Source: Eledone cirrhosa
Taxonomy: Eukaryota
Assembly: GCA_964016885.1 (NCBI GenBank)
Contig: OZ024743.1
Location: 295,244,001-295,308,000, forward strand
Direction: 5' to 3'
Length of the DNA stretch: 64,000 nucleotides
Made by a program: the position numbers and the translations under genes. The notes beneath the pieces were generated by a model that saw nothing but the letters and a program-made list of their open reading frames with translations, made no database searches and was not told where the DNA came from. Of this stretch, positions 51,400-64,000 are shown one piece after another (position 1 is the stretch's first letter; every line of letters starts with the position of its first letter).

Positions 51400-51720
51400 T
51401 TCCCGAGACGGTGGTGGGGCAGAGTCCCGCTGGTCCTCTTTCCAGCTGGTCCTGTCAGGTGCAAACGTCTCCAACTGATCCAGCTGCATCCCAAGCGTGA
51501 TCAGCCAAACTCCTTAATTTTATCCGAACATCTTGCTCGAGGTCTAACCCTGGGTATCTGGCCGGCTGGTTTTTGCCAGTAAAATTTGTACAGAGATTCT
51601 TCTCTGAGACATTCTAACCATATGCCCATATTATCGGAGCTGTGATCCCTTAATTCTGAAAAGTAGTTGCTCTACCTGACCTCCGAGCTACGCACTTTAT
51701 TGAGTAACGTTACTCGATAA
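51333..51720 (-). mobile_element. RTE-clade LINE 3' fragment with (GAA)n tail
   Basis: Minus SQLR*YGHMVRM...PAGQIPRVRPRARCSD; (TTC)n at 51333-51398. Confidence 0.65.
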
Positions 51721-52169
51721 CGTTGCCAGTATCTTCAGAATATCCAATTGTGCTATATTATTTGGATTTAATAGTTTTTTCAAATTTACTTCAGCTTAGG
51801 ACTGGAGTATGACGTCAATTGAATACAATGTATTATAACGTTCACATCAAAGCAAAACAAATGGAGAAGTTATTAAAATACAAACATATGGAGATAGAAA
51901 TAACCCGAATATGGATGATACACACAGAAACAATCTCTATAAACATAGAGATTTAGAAAGTGTTGGATTTATTTTTTTTAAATACAGAAATACAGACAGA
52001 TGTGAATGAAACAACAGGACATACAAATGTGTAAAACATGCAGACAAATAGTACTACCGGGCATTGCTCACATATTACCACTAGTACATTCAATACAATA
52101 GAGACAGAACACCAAGAACAAAACAGCACATACTTGAGGCGCTCAAATCAGTTGTTGGTAATTCTACGA

Positions 52170-52347
52170 CAGCAGCTGCTACTACTACTACAACTACTAC
52201 TACTACTACTGCTACTGCTATTACAACAACAACAACAACAACAACTACTACTACTACTACTACTACTACAACCACTGCTGCTGCTGCTGCTGCTACTACT
52301 ACTACTACGACTACTACTACTACTACTACTAATAATAATAATAATAA

Positions 52348-52378
<31 letters not shown>

Positions 52379-52472
52379 AAGAAGAAGAAGAAGAAGAAGA
52401 AGAAGAAGAACAACAACAACAACAACAACAACAACACCACCACCACCACCAACAACAACAACATCAACATCA
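52170..52472. repeat. Compound trinucleotide array (ACT, ACA, GCT, AAT, AGA, ACC)
   Basis: Seen directly. Confidence 0.95.
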
Positions 52473-52884
52473 AGCTTTTGGCTCATTATTATCTCTTTGA
52501 ATACCCTCTAAGATATTTATGTATTTCCGACATAAGCCTACAACTTTATCAATATTGTCTCTTTGTAAGGGAAATATTTGATAGAGAGACAAGAATACGA
52601 TATAGGTTATATACGACAGGAGATAGTCATTTACATATAGTGTGACCTTTATAGGTTCAGATTAGTTAGCAGAGGCACTAACACAGCGTTGTCCATAATA
52701 GAGATGTGTATGAAGATATATGTGAATATACGATGTGTTTATGTATTATATAAATGCACGAATCTCACTAGGAAATTCTACGTGAAATATTCAAAATCTG
52801 TCTTGAGCGTAATATTAAATATCAATTCATAGTTATTTTAAAATGTTCTTGCCTAATTTGTATCTATGCGTAATTGAGTTTTTT

Positions 52885-53185
52885 CGTGTGTCCACACATG
52901 GAGAACCCCTGTTTTTTTCCGACGGCAAGTGCTCCAATTAATTCAATCAACGGAAGTGCCAACTTGTGAAATTAATGTGTGGATGGCTGATTACTCCACT
53001 TACATATGCACTATTAACGTAGTTGTCAGTAAGATACACGGAGACAAAGTGAGGCATGGCTGACCCCTTCAATTACAGTTACAACTAATTTTTGCTAACT
53101 GAGTGGACTGGGGCAACGTGAAATAAAGTTTCTTGCTGAAGGACACAACGTGCCACTTTGAGCTGAACACACGAACCTTCACATG
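52885..53185 (-). mobile_element. OR/CORE-type octopus SINE
   Basis: CTGAGTGGACTGGGGCAACGTGAAATAAAGTTTCTTGCTGAAGGACACAAC (CORE-like, reverse orientation). Confidence 0.7.
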
Positions 53186-53469
53186 TCCTCACTTAAACGT
53201 TTCTATCAATCATCACGTCTTTTATTATGAGAAACAGTATTCCAGTTATTCGCGTACATCTTAAAAAATAAACCTTTTGATCAGAAAGTTGCTCTTTAAT
53301 TGTATCCATTCGTATAATGCTAAGTCTTTCTTTTTCGTGTAGGTACGAGGATTAGTGCTTAATGTGTTTTAATATGAGAGCAAAATTGTGTACTTGTTTT
53401 CCATCAGCGTGTTGTGACATTGACAGAAAGAGTTCACTAAATAGGTAAATAATTAGCTGTATCTTTAAA

Positions 53470-53625
53470 TCGGAAGGCCAGCCTTGTCACATACTGTGTC
53501 ACACAGAGTTTCTCTCACAATTAATTTATACTTACTTGTGGAATACACATCCACTTGCACGTTTAAATTTATGAACAGGCTGTTCCATTGGTTAAAACAC
53601 TGGAACAGGTTCCGTCTGAACTGGT
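53470..53625 (+). mobile_element. OR-type SINE 3' fragment
   Basis: CAGCCTTGTCACATACTGTGTCAC...CCACTTGCACGTTTAAATTT, revcomp-similar to 52965-53065. Confidence 0.5.
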
Positions 53626-53922
53626 TGAAGTATTGACACAGGCACACACAAACACACATACACACACATTTCTGTTGGTATTTTTAAATGCGTCGTTTAT
53701 CTCATACTCTTTGATATCAGGACTGTCGCGTCGTTATTATTATTCTTGAATTCAATATTGTTTATGATATTGTTGTTGTTTCTGTTCCTGTAAATGTTTT
53801 AATTGTCGTTGCTATTTTGGTAATTGTTCCCAATACACAAAAGTTTTGAATATACTATTAATAGGAAAAATAACAGCGTTAAAACAAGAACAATTAAACA
53901 CCAACATTAATGTTAATAACAA

Positions 53923-54093
53923 GAGGGCGGTGGATTGGCAGTATCGGTAGAGGGTCGGACTCCATGCCCTTGCCATTCTGAGTTCAAATCCCGCCGAGGT
54001 TAACTTTGCCTTTCATCCTTACAGGGTCGATAAAATAAAGTACCAGTAATGCACTGGGTAATTGCTGGCCTTGTGCCAAAGTAGAAACAATTA
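53923..54093 (+). mobile_element. OK/Nin-type SINE with TSD
   Basis: Full head to tail; TSD ATTAATGTTAATAACAA. Confidence 0.88.
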
Positions 54094-54624
54094 ATGTTAA
54101 TAACAACAACTGCAGAAATCCGAGCCGTTAAAACATTTTAATTATATATTTATTTATTAATTTGCTATGAGAAAAGTTAATTAGTTATTATAAAGAAGAA
54201 AAAATAGTTTCTCTTCGACTGAATAGAGAAATCTTAAGAAAAACAAACTTCCATTACAATCACAACTATAACTAAAATATGAGAACAATTGAATAGTTAT
54301 CGATTTTAAACGAAAACAAAGAAACGTCAGAACTAATGAGATGCGTTTAATTATTTTTCGCCCATTCATTTGTTAGAAAGTGTGAAAGAATAACCACGAT
54401 GACAAAAAAATTGAAGAACTATTTTAGAGTATCATTAAGTAACATAGTGTAAGATTTCTTCAGCCATTGTATTCTTGAATGTTAATAATGGTTATATAAT
54501 TGCTTGTTGGATATCTACAATAGACAAGCTTTTATAGTCAGAACTTTAGTTATGTAAGAAATGTTGTTGAGAACTCTTTGTTTATGTGTTTATTGTATAT
54601 AATATTTGACAACTATCAATGTAC

Positions 54625-55111
54625 TAAAAGCAAGGCAAGTGCGTAGCAAAATCTCGGTGGTGATGTCTCTTTTCTTCGCCAACTGAGTTATTGTGTATCT
54701 CGAAATCGCACCATACAGACCAACAGTTACAATGGAGAACAATCACGAAATACGCCAACGTCTTTTTTGATGATCTTCGCTGCAAGCGACTGCACCATGG
54801 CAATACCCCAACTCATTCCTCTACGTGTTCTTAGCAAACAAAGGCATGCGGCTAATTTCACAAGATTCCTTCTCTAAAGGCATTGCTCTGACTTTTTATT
54901 GTTTCAAAAACTTGAATTGCCATTGGAATTCTCCCATATTGAGAGCTGACGGGACATCATGTGGATTGTGACGGTGGGGTTTAGAAGAAGTTCGGAAGAA
55001 ACATTCAAGATGTGCTTTGGATAGAGAAGTAATCAATGGCATAAATATTTGCACCAAGTAAGTAATTATTTCCACAGCCCAATATCGGAAAATTACTTGA
55101 CAGACCTCGTA
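54625..55111 (+). mobile_element. Degraded mariner transposase C-terminal half with right TIR
   Basis: ARQVRSKISVVMSLFF, LHHGNTPTHSS, DFYCF, EETFKMCF...WHKY...NYF; TIR end GACAGACCTCGTA. Confidence 0.75.
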
Positions 55112-55399
55112 TTTATATATATATATATATATATTAATATAAATACGAGGTCTGTCGTATATATATGTATATATATAGGGAGTGTTTGTGAGTGTGTGCG
55201 TATGTATGTGTATGATCGGAAACCTGGCAGCAGTCCAGTTATCAGTGGGCTCAACTTAATGTGAAAAGCTGCCTGGAATAGTGGACAATTTGGGAAAATA
55301 ATTCATTTAGTATACAAACCAGTCTAAATAAATATATCCACCAGCCCCCAAGAGATTTTGTGAAGCACCCGTTACCCTTCACATCGATGAACCGTTAGT

Positions 55400-56140
55400 T
55401 TGGTAGAACTAGGCCTATGTGCTTTAACATTGGAAGGGTGCTAACATTGTTACCATATGCAAACGCTAAAGAGTTGTATATTGCTGTTCTGTAAGTATAG
55501 TCCAATATATATCAGAATGAATCACACAAGTGTCATGATAGGGCGCCAGCAGGGGGCGAATCACAGTTAATATGATCTCTAGTATAAAGCAGTTTGAAGA
55601 GAATCCCATGCATTAACATCAGGATCTGTGTTATGTTGTGCCTCTTTCAACGATATATGGCACGCTATCCATTGAATATTTGTAGACTCCTCGTAATCAT
55701 TTTTAATATTTACTCAAATCTTGAATATCAGACAGCACAAAATACTTTTTAGCCTTTATCAATTCAAAGGTGAGATTTGGGCAGGTATGTGTGCTTACTC
55801 GTACCGCATTTAATAACTTCCTCATAGTTCAGTAACTATGCATATGTGTATTTATGTATCGCCCTTGCTCTAACTCGCTTCAACACAAAATTGGGGAGTG
55901 ATAAGACACTTGCTCGGGAGCTGCTCTATCCTGACGATGCAGATTCCTTACTCACATCAGGGTAAACATGCAAGTTTTCATAGATCTTTACTCTAGAGCA
56001 TGCATTGCTTTTGCAGTTACTATCAGTCAGAAGAAGTGCAGGGTCGTATTCACTCTGTCTCCAGGCTAGTTCTATGTCGAACTTTAAAATTTCGTCTAAG
56101 ATTGATGCGACTGACTATTTCGTATACGTTGACAGCACTC
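55400..56140 (+). mobile_element. Degraded RTE-clade RT fragment
   Basis: RELLYPDDAD (YADD box) at about 55915-55945; GFVKH/FINSK remnants upstream. Confidence 0.55.
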
Positions 56141-56142
56141 TG

Positions 56143-56410
56143 TTAAACATTCCAAAAATGTTGCATCTAATAACTGCATATACACATGTACAGATACAAA
56201 GCATATACACATGCACACATACAACTCAAAACATACACATCCACACATACAATAACATCCATATCTACAGATGCATGCTTGCAGACATACATACATATCT
56301 ACCTAGTTGATATTGTGTAAATTCCAATGAGAGAGTCTTGTGTCTATGTTAGAAACCGACTCCTTCTCTATTGGGAAAAAATTTGTGAAATTATAAAACC
56401 AGAAGAACAT
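56143..56410 (+). mobile_element. 3'-terminal fragment of the R4/Dong family at 57-61 kb
   Basis: Near-identical to about 60811-61062. Confidence 0.85.
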
Positions 56411-56599
56411 ACATATACAAAGACCCCTTCAGTTACGAATGACCATTGGATTTGTACTTAAAAATTTCCCCTCCGAGACACAAATGAGAGCAATGATGTT
56501 TGTGGAAGACCAGCAGTCGTCCATACATACTGATCTCCCTTCTCTATGCCATCGAATTTGTCTAAGGGAAAGGCAATAGCTTATACAGCTTTGCACCAG

Positions 56600-56712
56600 T
56601 GACCCGCAATCCATTTCTACAGCTGAGTAAACTGGAGTAACGTGAAATAAAGTGTCTTGTTCAAGGATACAACGCGTTACGATTGCAAGTCCAGCTCTCT
56701 AGCTACTAAGCA
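56600..56712 (-). mobile_element. OR/CORE-type SINE fragment
   Basis: GCTGAGTAAACTGGAGTAACGTGAAATAAAGTGTCTTGTTCAAGGATACAACGCG. Confidence 0.65.
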
Positions 56713-56734
56713 TACATACATATATACATACATA

Positions 56735-56894
56735 CATGGTGGCTGCCAACTCGTTTTCGAGTACGGCCATTACTTTATATCCATGTAGGAGAACATCTAA
56801 CGATGCGCTGAACGAGTGTGACTTTTTAGTCCAGCCAGCGACTTGAAAACTCTGGTACAAACACTACACTTACGACAATTATTGACACATAGTG
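56735..56894 (-). mobile_element. 3' module of the RTE-derived element (42630-42792 type)
   Basis: Revcomp match; embedded in (CATA)n. Confidence 0.8.
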
Positions 56895-56898
56895 ACGA

Positions 56899-56979
56899 CA
56901 TACATACATACATACATACATACATACATACATACATACATACATACATACATACATACATACATACATACATACATAC
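56899..56979. repeat. (CATA)n microsatellite
   Basis: Seen directly. Confidence 0.97.
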
Positions 56980-59900
56980 TAGACAGTCAAGGCGATCAGT
57001 CGCATATTTTGGCGTGGGAGACTATTTATTAAATTTAAGATGAATACTATTTCCGACAGTAATGCACAACTACAGTCAGGTTGAATAACTGGTTATTATT
57101 CTAACTATCCCTTCTTAAGACACCTTTTATTCGAATTCGTAGAGATATCCGACTGAATACATAACTCATTTTACAAGTATTTGCTACAAAGAGCATGGCT
57201 GAACACAACATCAACAACAAAATTAAGGAAGTATCGAAGACAAATAACAAGGAAGGTAATCAAACTTTATTCAGTTGTAGCTACTGAAGAAACCGAAATT
57301 ATAAGTCGCATTTCTCTTGGAGTTGCGAACTTAATAATGATTTATTTAATTGTTAAAAAATGGCAAAAAACAATCCCTCCATTCGCTATAAGAATAGAAT
57401 GAAGCTACACTGGGACGAAATGCACCCACAGCTAAATTATTTCACAGCGAAACAATTACGCCAACAAGCGACGTTTGTTGAACGTAAAAAAAAGATAAAT
57501 ATTATTAATTGTAAGTCCCCAACAGCAAAATGTTATCAACAACACGTGCTACAGGTCGCCATGCTACTAGACTTCCTAGCAGCCAGGTCGAACAGCGCCT
57601 TGAAACAACTATGACTGTAAGAAACTTGACACCACCTGTACCATCTAAGTCTACCTCGAATGCTGGGGAAAACACTATCGATAATAATAATAATCGAATA
57701 AATGTCACACCACGTGTACCATCCGAGTCTATATCGACTGTTGTGAAAAATACTATCGATAATGATAATCAAAAGTATAAACAATTGAAAATTTCCATCA
57801 ACGAAATCTTCCAGAGAGAAATTAACTCATGTATAAATATCTCTCTTGCTGAACGTGTTAAAACGACAATGTTGAATAAAGAACCAAATAATGAAATACT
57901 ACGTGTTATTGATGAAATAGGGGATGAATATTTACGACGGATAAAAACCCCAACATTTGGCAAATCAACACCTGTTTATATGCCCTAGCAACGACAGTGA
58001 AACATTATCTTTGTGATAGCAGAGATATTAACAAGAACAAAACACCACCAAAAATACCATCATATATAACTAAAATAGAAAAAAAGATTGCTGACCTACG
58101 AAAAAACATAGGATATGTGACAATGCTCCTTACATGCAAACAAATACAAAAAAAAACTCACACCTCACCAACAAAGAATGAAAAATAAAATAGAGACGAT
58201 GTTTGGTAACAGTAGAACCAGAACTCTCCACTATAAGCTGATCACCCTCAAACAAGAATTGAGAGCTGTTAGCGAAAAACGCCGATACCTGAAGAAGTTG
58301 GATGAGAGAAAAGTGCTTAATAAAAGATTCAGACGAAACCAAACATCAGTCTATAGAGATATGGAGGGCAAAATAATAAGTGTCACTTAGGCCCCATCCC
58401 AGAAAGACATAGATTCCTTTTGGAGAAAAATATGGGGTGAAAAGAAGAATTTCAACCAAGATGCAGTCGGGCTAAGAGAAATCCGAAAGAACTATTGGTC
58501 CTACACTACAACAAAAACATACGAAATAAGTGAGGGTACCCTTGAGACTGTGATAGGAAAACTCCAAGATAAGAAAACACCAGGAAGAGACATGATTGTC
58601 GACTACTGGTAAAAAAAACTGATATTCTATCGGAGGTATCTTACTGACCTCTACCAATAAGTTCTTAAGGGAGATACACTTATACCAGAATGGCTGACAT
58701 TAGCACAAACATTACTGGTCCCCAAGAACAAAGACACCCACTTGGCAAAAAACTACCGACCCATTGCATGCCAGAACCTGATTTATAAGATGTATACAGC
58801 CTAGCTGAACCTATTCCTCCAAGATCACTGTGAAAATAATAACATCATCACAGATGAATAAACAGATGTGCTGAACAACTCCTAATCAACAAAACTGCGA
58901 TGTCGGAGGTACGACAACTTAGGAGGAATATGACTACAATCTGGCTGGACTACAGGAAAGCTTTCGATTGTGTTCCCCACTCTTGGATGATAGAGGCCCT
59001 CCAACTTGCTAAAGCCCAAGACATTATTGTCAGAGCCATAGAGAAGATGTCTTCTTCTTGGGCTACTATCCTAAGGTTAAAGACAGAGAGGGAGGACTCT
59101 ATTTTCACTGATAAAATAAATTATTGCAGGGGTATATTTCAGGGGGACAGTCTCTCTGTGATATTATTCATCTTGTCATTAAACCCCTTGTCCTTTCTGC
59201 TCAAGAAATGTGAAGCATACATCATTGGCTCACAGGAGGACAGAAATACGAACCTAACCCATAATTTCTTTGTGGACGATCTGAAACTCTATGCCATGAA
59301 CATGGATGGGATGAAGAAAAATCTTGACTTGGTTACAACGTTCTCAAAGGATATAGGAATGGAATTTGGGCAAGATAAATGCTCATACATGACTGTAAAG
59401 CGGGGAAAAACAACAACCCAATCTAGCAACATTGTCATCAATGGCCTAACTGTTTCACCGATATCTGATTAGGACTGCTACAGATACCTAGGGATAGATG
59501 AGAACATATCCTATAATGGTATCTGTAATAAAGAACGCGTAACCAGGGAATACTACACCCGATTAAGAAAGGTCTGGTCATCGTAACTCTCTGACGCAAA
59601 ACAAAACAGTGGCTTAGAGTGTGTTTGCTGTGCCTGTCCTAACACCAACGTTTGGAATACTCAATTGGACGATAGACGAAATCCGAGCAGTTGATGTTGG
59701 AACTCGAAAAATACTGAACAACACCGGAAACTTCCACATCAACAGTGATATAGACCGCCTTTACTTGAAACGTAAGCAGGGAAGCAGAGGCCTAACATCA
59801 GTCCAGACAACATTTGAATGTCGCATCATATCTCTCCGACAACATCTACGAACCTCGAAACGCAGGAGCCCGTTTCTCGAGCAAGTATATCTGCATGAAA

Positions 59901-61062
59901 CAGATAAGATCATGAGAGTTGGGAAGGAACTCATTGAGAGATATTCCCTGTGTGATAATCAAAAACTCACACCCAGGGATGCCGCTCAGCAGTATCGCAG
60001 TGACTCCATGAAGAAAAAACTGCATGCCTATCAGCAAGAAATCATGCATGGATATATTGCCAGGAAGCTCCAGATTCAGAGTAATATAGATAAGGAAAGT
60101 GATTTATCTTGGACCAACAACCGCTATATTGGCTCCCACTTTGAAGGATACGCTTTTGCAATCCAGGAAGAGGAGATTAGCACAAAATACCTGATTCACA
60201 AAAGAGATATTGATGCAGGTAAAACACCTAGATGTGATAACAAGTGCACTCTGCAGAACTAACATCGAGGATATCACCTATGTCATCAGCAGCTGTCCAA
60301 AGATGTCATCGCGGTACTATCTACCTATGAGGCATGATGTAGTGGCCAAAACACTGTACAATGCAGTTCGTAAAAAAGATAGCCCCGATAACAAACACAT
60401 TAAAGGCTACAACAATGTGGAAGACATCCATGTACATAATATGAAAGAGTACTGGTGGAATGTTCCAGTAAAAACTCCAATAAAATGCAGGCATAACAGA
60501 CCAGGTATTATGATATGGGACAGGGAGAAGAAAACATGCACAGTAGTGGAAATTAACCGCCCAGCAGATGCCAATATAATATCAAAGATTAGTGAAAAGG
60601 AGAATATTTATACAGAACTGATGAGAAATCTGAAGATACTCCACCCTGCTTACACCTTCAGATGTATGCCTGTGATTATTGGGGCACTGGGATATGTTAG
60701 TAACTGCCTCAATACAAATCTTGAGAAGTTAGGCTTCACAGGAACAGAAAGAACACAACTAGTTAGGAAATTACAAGTACAATCCATTAATGGAACAGTA
60801 AAAATATGTAAAACATTCCAAAAAATTTGCATCTAATAACTGCATATACACATGTACAGATACAAAGCATATACACATGCACACATACAACTCAAAACAT
60901 ACACATCCACACATACAATAACATCCATATCTACACATGCATGCATACACAATCTACTTAGTTGATCTTGTGTAAATTCCAATGAGAGAGGCTTGTGTCT
61001 ATGTTAGAAACCGACTCTCTCTCTATTGGTAGAACTTTGTGAAATTATAAAACCAGAAGAGC
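56980..61062 (+). mobile_element. Near full-length, multiply disrupted R4/Dong-clade non-LTR retrotransposon
   Basis: KQLRQQA, KTPGRD, NYRPIACQN, WLDYRKAFDCVPH, GIFQGDSLS, HNFFVDDLKLY, DIDRLY, RHDVV, HNRPGIMIW, VVEIN, KENIY, IIGALG; (CATA)n both sides. Confidence 0.93.
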
Positions 61063-61796
61063 ATATATACATACATACATATATGCATACGCGTCTTATG
61101 GCAAATATCTATTCTACACAACTATATAATGTACAATGTATACAATAAATCAACTCTAATTTTCAATATGACTTATTGTTCTTTAAAATCGGTTAATTAT
61201 TAAAAGAGTATTTCGCAAAACGTCAAAATTAAACTCTGACAGATGTTAACTAATTAGATTTAGATTTAGATTAAACATATATTTCTGGTTATTCCTCTTG
61301 CCATAGCTGTAACTCAAGAATAATTTCCAAAGGAATCGAATGGTTTATGTATTACTCAGTATGTATGAAGAGATGAACAATGGGCATGGTTAGCAGCAGC
61401 AGCAGCAGCAGCAGCAGGAGCAGCAGGTGAACGAAGAGAACATAAATTTATTTCAGGTAAATTATTAACAGAAATAGAGGCATCAAGAGTTGCTAAATCA
61501 ATAACAATGAGGCAAGGTATAGTTGAAAATGAAAAGAAAAGCTAGGATGCATATAACAATAGATACGTTAATACCATAACTATAACAAGAGATTTAACAG
61601 CATCGACAATAGCAGAAATAACTTCATTAATTACACGAAGAATTATACGAACAACGACCCCCATCAACAATGAACCACAATAAAACTTTGCCTGTTGTAG
61701 TCACACTGACATCAACAAAATTCTAACAGTAATAGTAAAAGCAATACCAATAATAAAAAGGAAAGTCTATCACTTGTCGTTATTATAGTACTTAAT

Positions 61797-61985
61797 AGGT
61801 GGATTGGCAGTATCGTTAGAGGGTCAGACGCCACGCTTTGATGCATAGAGTTACGGCCCTTGCCATTCTGAGTTCAAATCCCGCCGAGGTTAACTTTGCC
61901 TTTCATCCTTAGGGGGTCGATAAAATAAAGTACCAGTAATGTACTGGGTAATTTCTGGCCTTGTGCCAATAGTAGAAACAATTAT
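61797..61985 (+). mobile_element. OK/Nin-type SINE with TSD
   Basis: Full match; TSD ATTATAGTACTTAATA. Confidence 0.88.
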
Positions 61986-62875
61986 AGTACTTAATATATT
62001 TACTGATTTCAAGAGCTTTAGTCGATCATATAAGAACCAGAAGCATTCAGGCACAACTGAATAACTATTAGGGAATTGGGAAGAAGTAAGCATGCTTCAC
62101 TCTATTTCTACGATTATGTTATATCATGTTACACTATATTACGCTATACTATCATACACCACTGAGTGCTGTCACAACTCATTATTTCACAGGAGCCAAC
62201 ATGACAACATACTTTCATTCCACTAACTAGAAATTGCAGTAAAATCTCCACTATTTATATACGCCGCATTAAAAACCAGTTTAAGGTAACACGCTAACAT
62301 TTTTAGTAACATTAAAGACAATATATAACAATTTGTAAATATAATTTAAAAAATGACTTTGCAAAAGGTGCACCTTTTACAGGCTGTCATGAAAAAGATG
62401 ATAGTTCTCGGTGGCATCACTGGCCTAATTAATGCATTCTTGATAATGAATAATCAACCACTTGTTTCCGTTCCTAAGACTTATTAGTTATTATTTTCTG
62501 ATTTTTCATGATGCCCCTTTTTTTTATATTTCAAATCTATACATACATGGCTAGCGAATTAAATGATAAAAATTAAAACGAAATCATTAGTCTAATAGTG
62601 AAAATGTTAACAAATGAGGAAGCGGGCCGTAATTTAATTTTATTTTTAAACAAATAAATATAGAGTGATTACCTTTACACATTCTATTACTGGAATGAAA
62701 ACATTTCCGTCTAAGAAAATAACTCATCAAAAATCCCCATTTATGATTGAACACAAAGAACTTCACAGGAGGAACCACAGAAGTCAAGAAAGAACATATT
62801 CGGTATTTTTCTAAATTCCGAATGGATCTCTTCATAATGAATAGTATATCCGAAATATATTGCCAATAGTAGATA

Positions 62876-63088
62876 TGTTTCTGATTTAGGCACAAAACCA
62901 GCAATTTTGGGGGAGGGGTGGTTGATTAAATCGACCCCAGTTCGTCACTGGTACATTAATTTATCGACCCCATACATATGAAAAGCAAAGCTAACCTCGG
63001 CAGAATTTAAACTCAGAAGGTAAAGGGACGTAACTCTATACGATAAAACATTGTCTGATGCTCTACCGATACTGCCAATCCATGCCCT
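62876..63088 (-). mobile_element. OK/Nin-type SINE (long subtype)
   Basis: CCAGCAATTTTGGGGGAGGGG...GAATTTAAACTCAGAA...CTCTACCGATACTGCCAATCCA. Confidence 0.85.
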
Positions 63089-64000
63089 AATAAATGCGAG
63101 CAAGTTAACAAAATCTGATTCTTGTAATTCTATTTTTCTCGTCCTAACACCCCTCGCCTCCTTCCTTCCGTATCCGTGTTACCTCAATATTTACAACGCC
63201 ATCTTCATTGTACCAACCTTCACGGCATATTTTCTTTTCATGTTCCACAATTCTACAGACGAAGTGCAATGTATATATATATATAGTTGAAATTAGTGCT
63301 CGACAGCTGAACTCACGCTGCATCAACGGGTGTGTGGTTACTGGGAAATATTATTCAGAAGACACGTGGCAGAAAAGGTAACAGAAAACTCGGAAGACAC
63401 AAACACAAGGACAATTCCCGTTCATCGACTGTCTTCTGGGGATCATTATAGTTTCGAATACTTTGAAGACCAGACTATTCACCACAGTGCATCAATAACT
63501 ATTCTTGGATAGCTATTCGGGAAGGAAATACAACGGACGTTGGACAAAGAAAACACAAAAACACGTAACACAAAAAAACATCAAATAAATATCTACATAC
63601 CGATATGGAAGGGAAAAAGTTAAAATCGAAAGAAGTACACTTAATTGTAATGAGTAATGGAAGGAATAATTTAATACAATTCGGTGGTGCATAAGTCCTT
63701 GAACAAAGATTGACAAGCAATGAAGTTGGCGAAATCGACTGAACTTGTCGGTAGTCAGATTGCAAAAGAAGGGAATAAAGACTGAAACGGAAATGTTTGC
63801 TAGGGCAGTATGAACAGAAGTAGTAGGTAGGGCAGTATTAGAACTTTTAGTCGCACCTGAAAGGCATGGGCGAATATACTGCCCCGAAGCGATTTCTTAA
63901 TAAAAAAATTATAAAATTGTAAATACACATAATGGTTCTTGTTTTCTTTTGCCTACACCCAACGTTATACTTACACGTATCTATACACACAAACACACAA

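Overview
AT-rich, repeat-saturated eukaryotic DNA with no confidently identifiable host protein-coding gene; nearly all long ORFs in the track are microsatellite translations or transposon remnants. The SINEs present (tRNA-derived OK/Nin-type and OR/CORE-type) point to an octopod cephalopod (inference). Contents: a full-length, TSD-flanked, frameshifted Tx1/L1-clade LINE (13.4-18.6 kb); several R4/Dong-clade RLE retrotransposons, one near full length (57-61 kb); CRE, RTE and CR1-like fragments; two Penelope-like elements (PLEs); two mariner relics; about 12 OK-type SINE copies; RTE-derived non-autonomous elements; many microsatellites. The strongest signal is about 10 minimal type-I hammerhead ribozyme (HHR) motifs, most in short non-coding units embedded in (TA)n tracts. 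Five of these units are fold-backs, and in four the inversion breakpoint lies in or at HHR stem II. One Naiad/Chlamys-like PLE has an HHR with a 91-nt branched stem II and an internal RT inversion. Coordinates were read by eye and family names come from motif recognition, not database searches.
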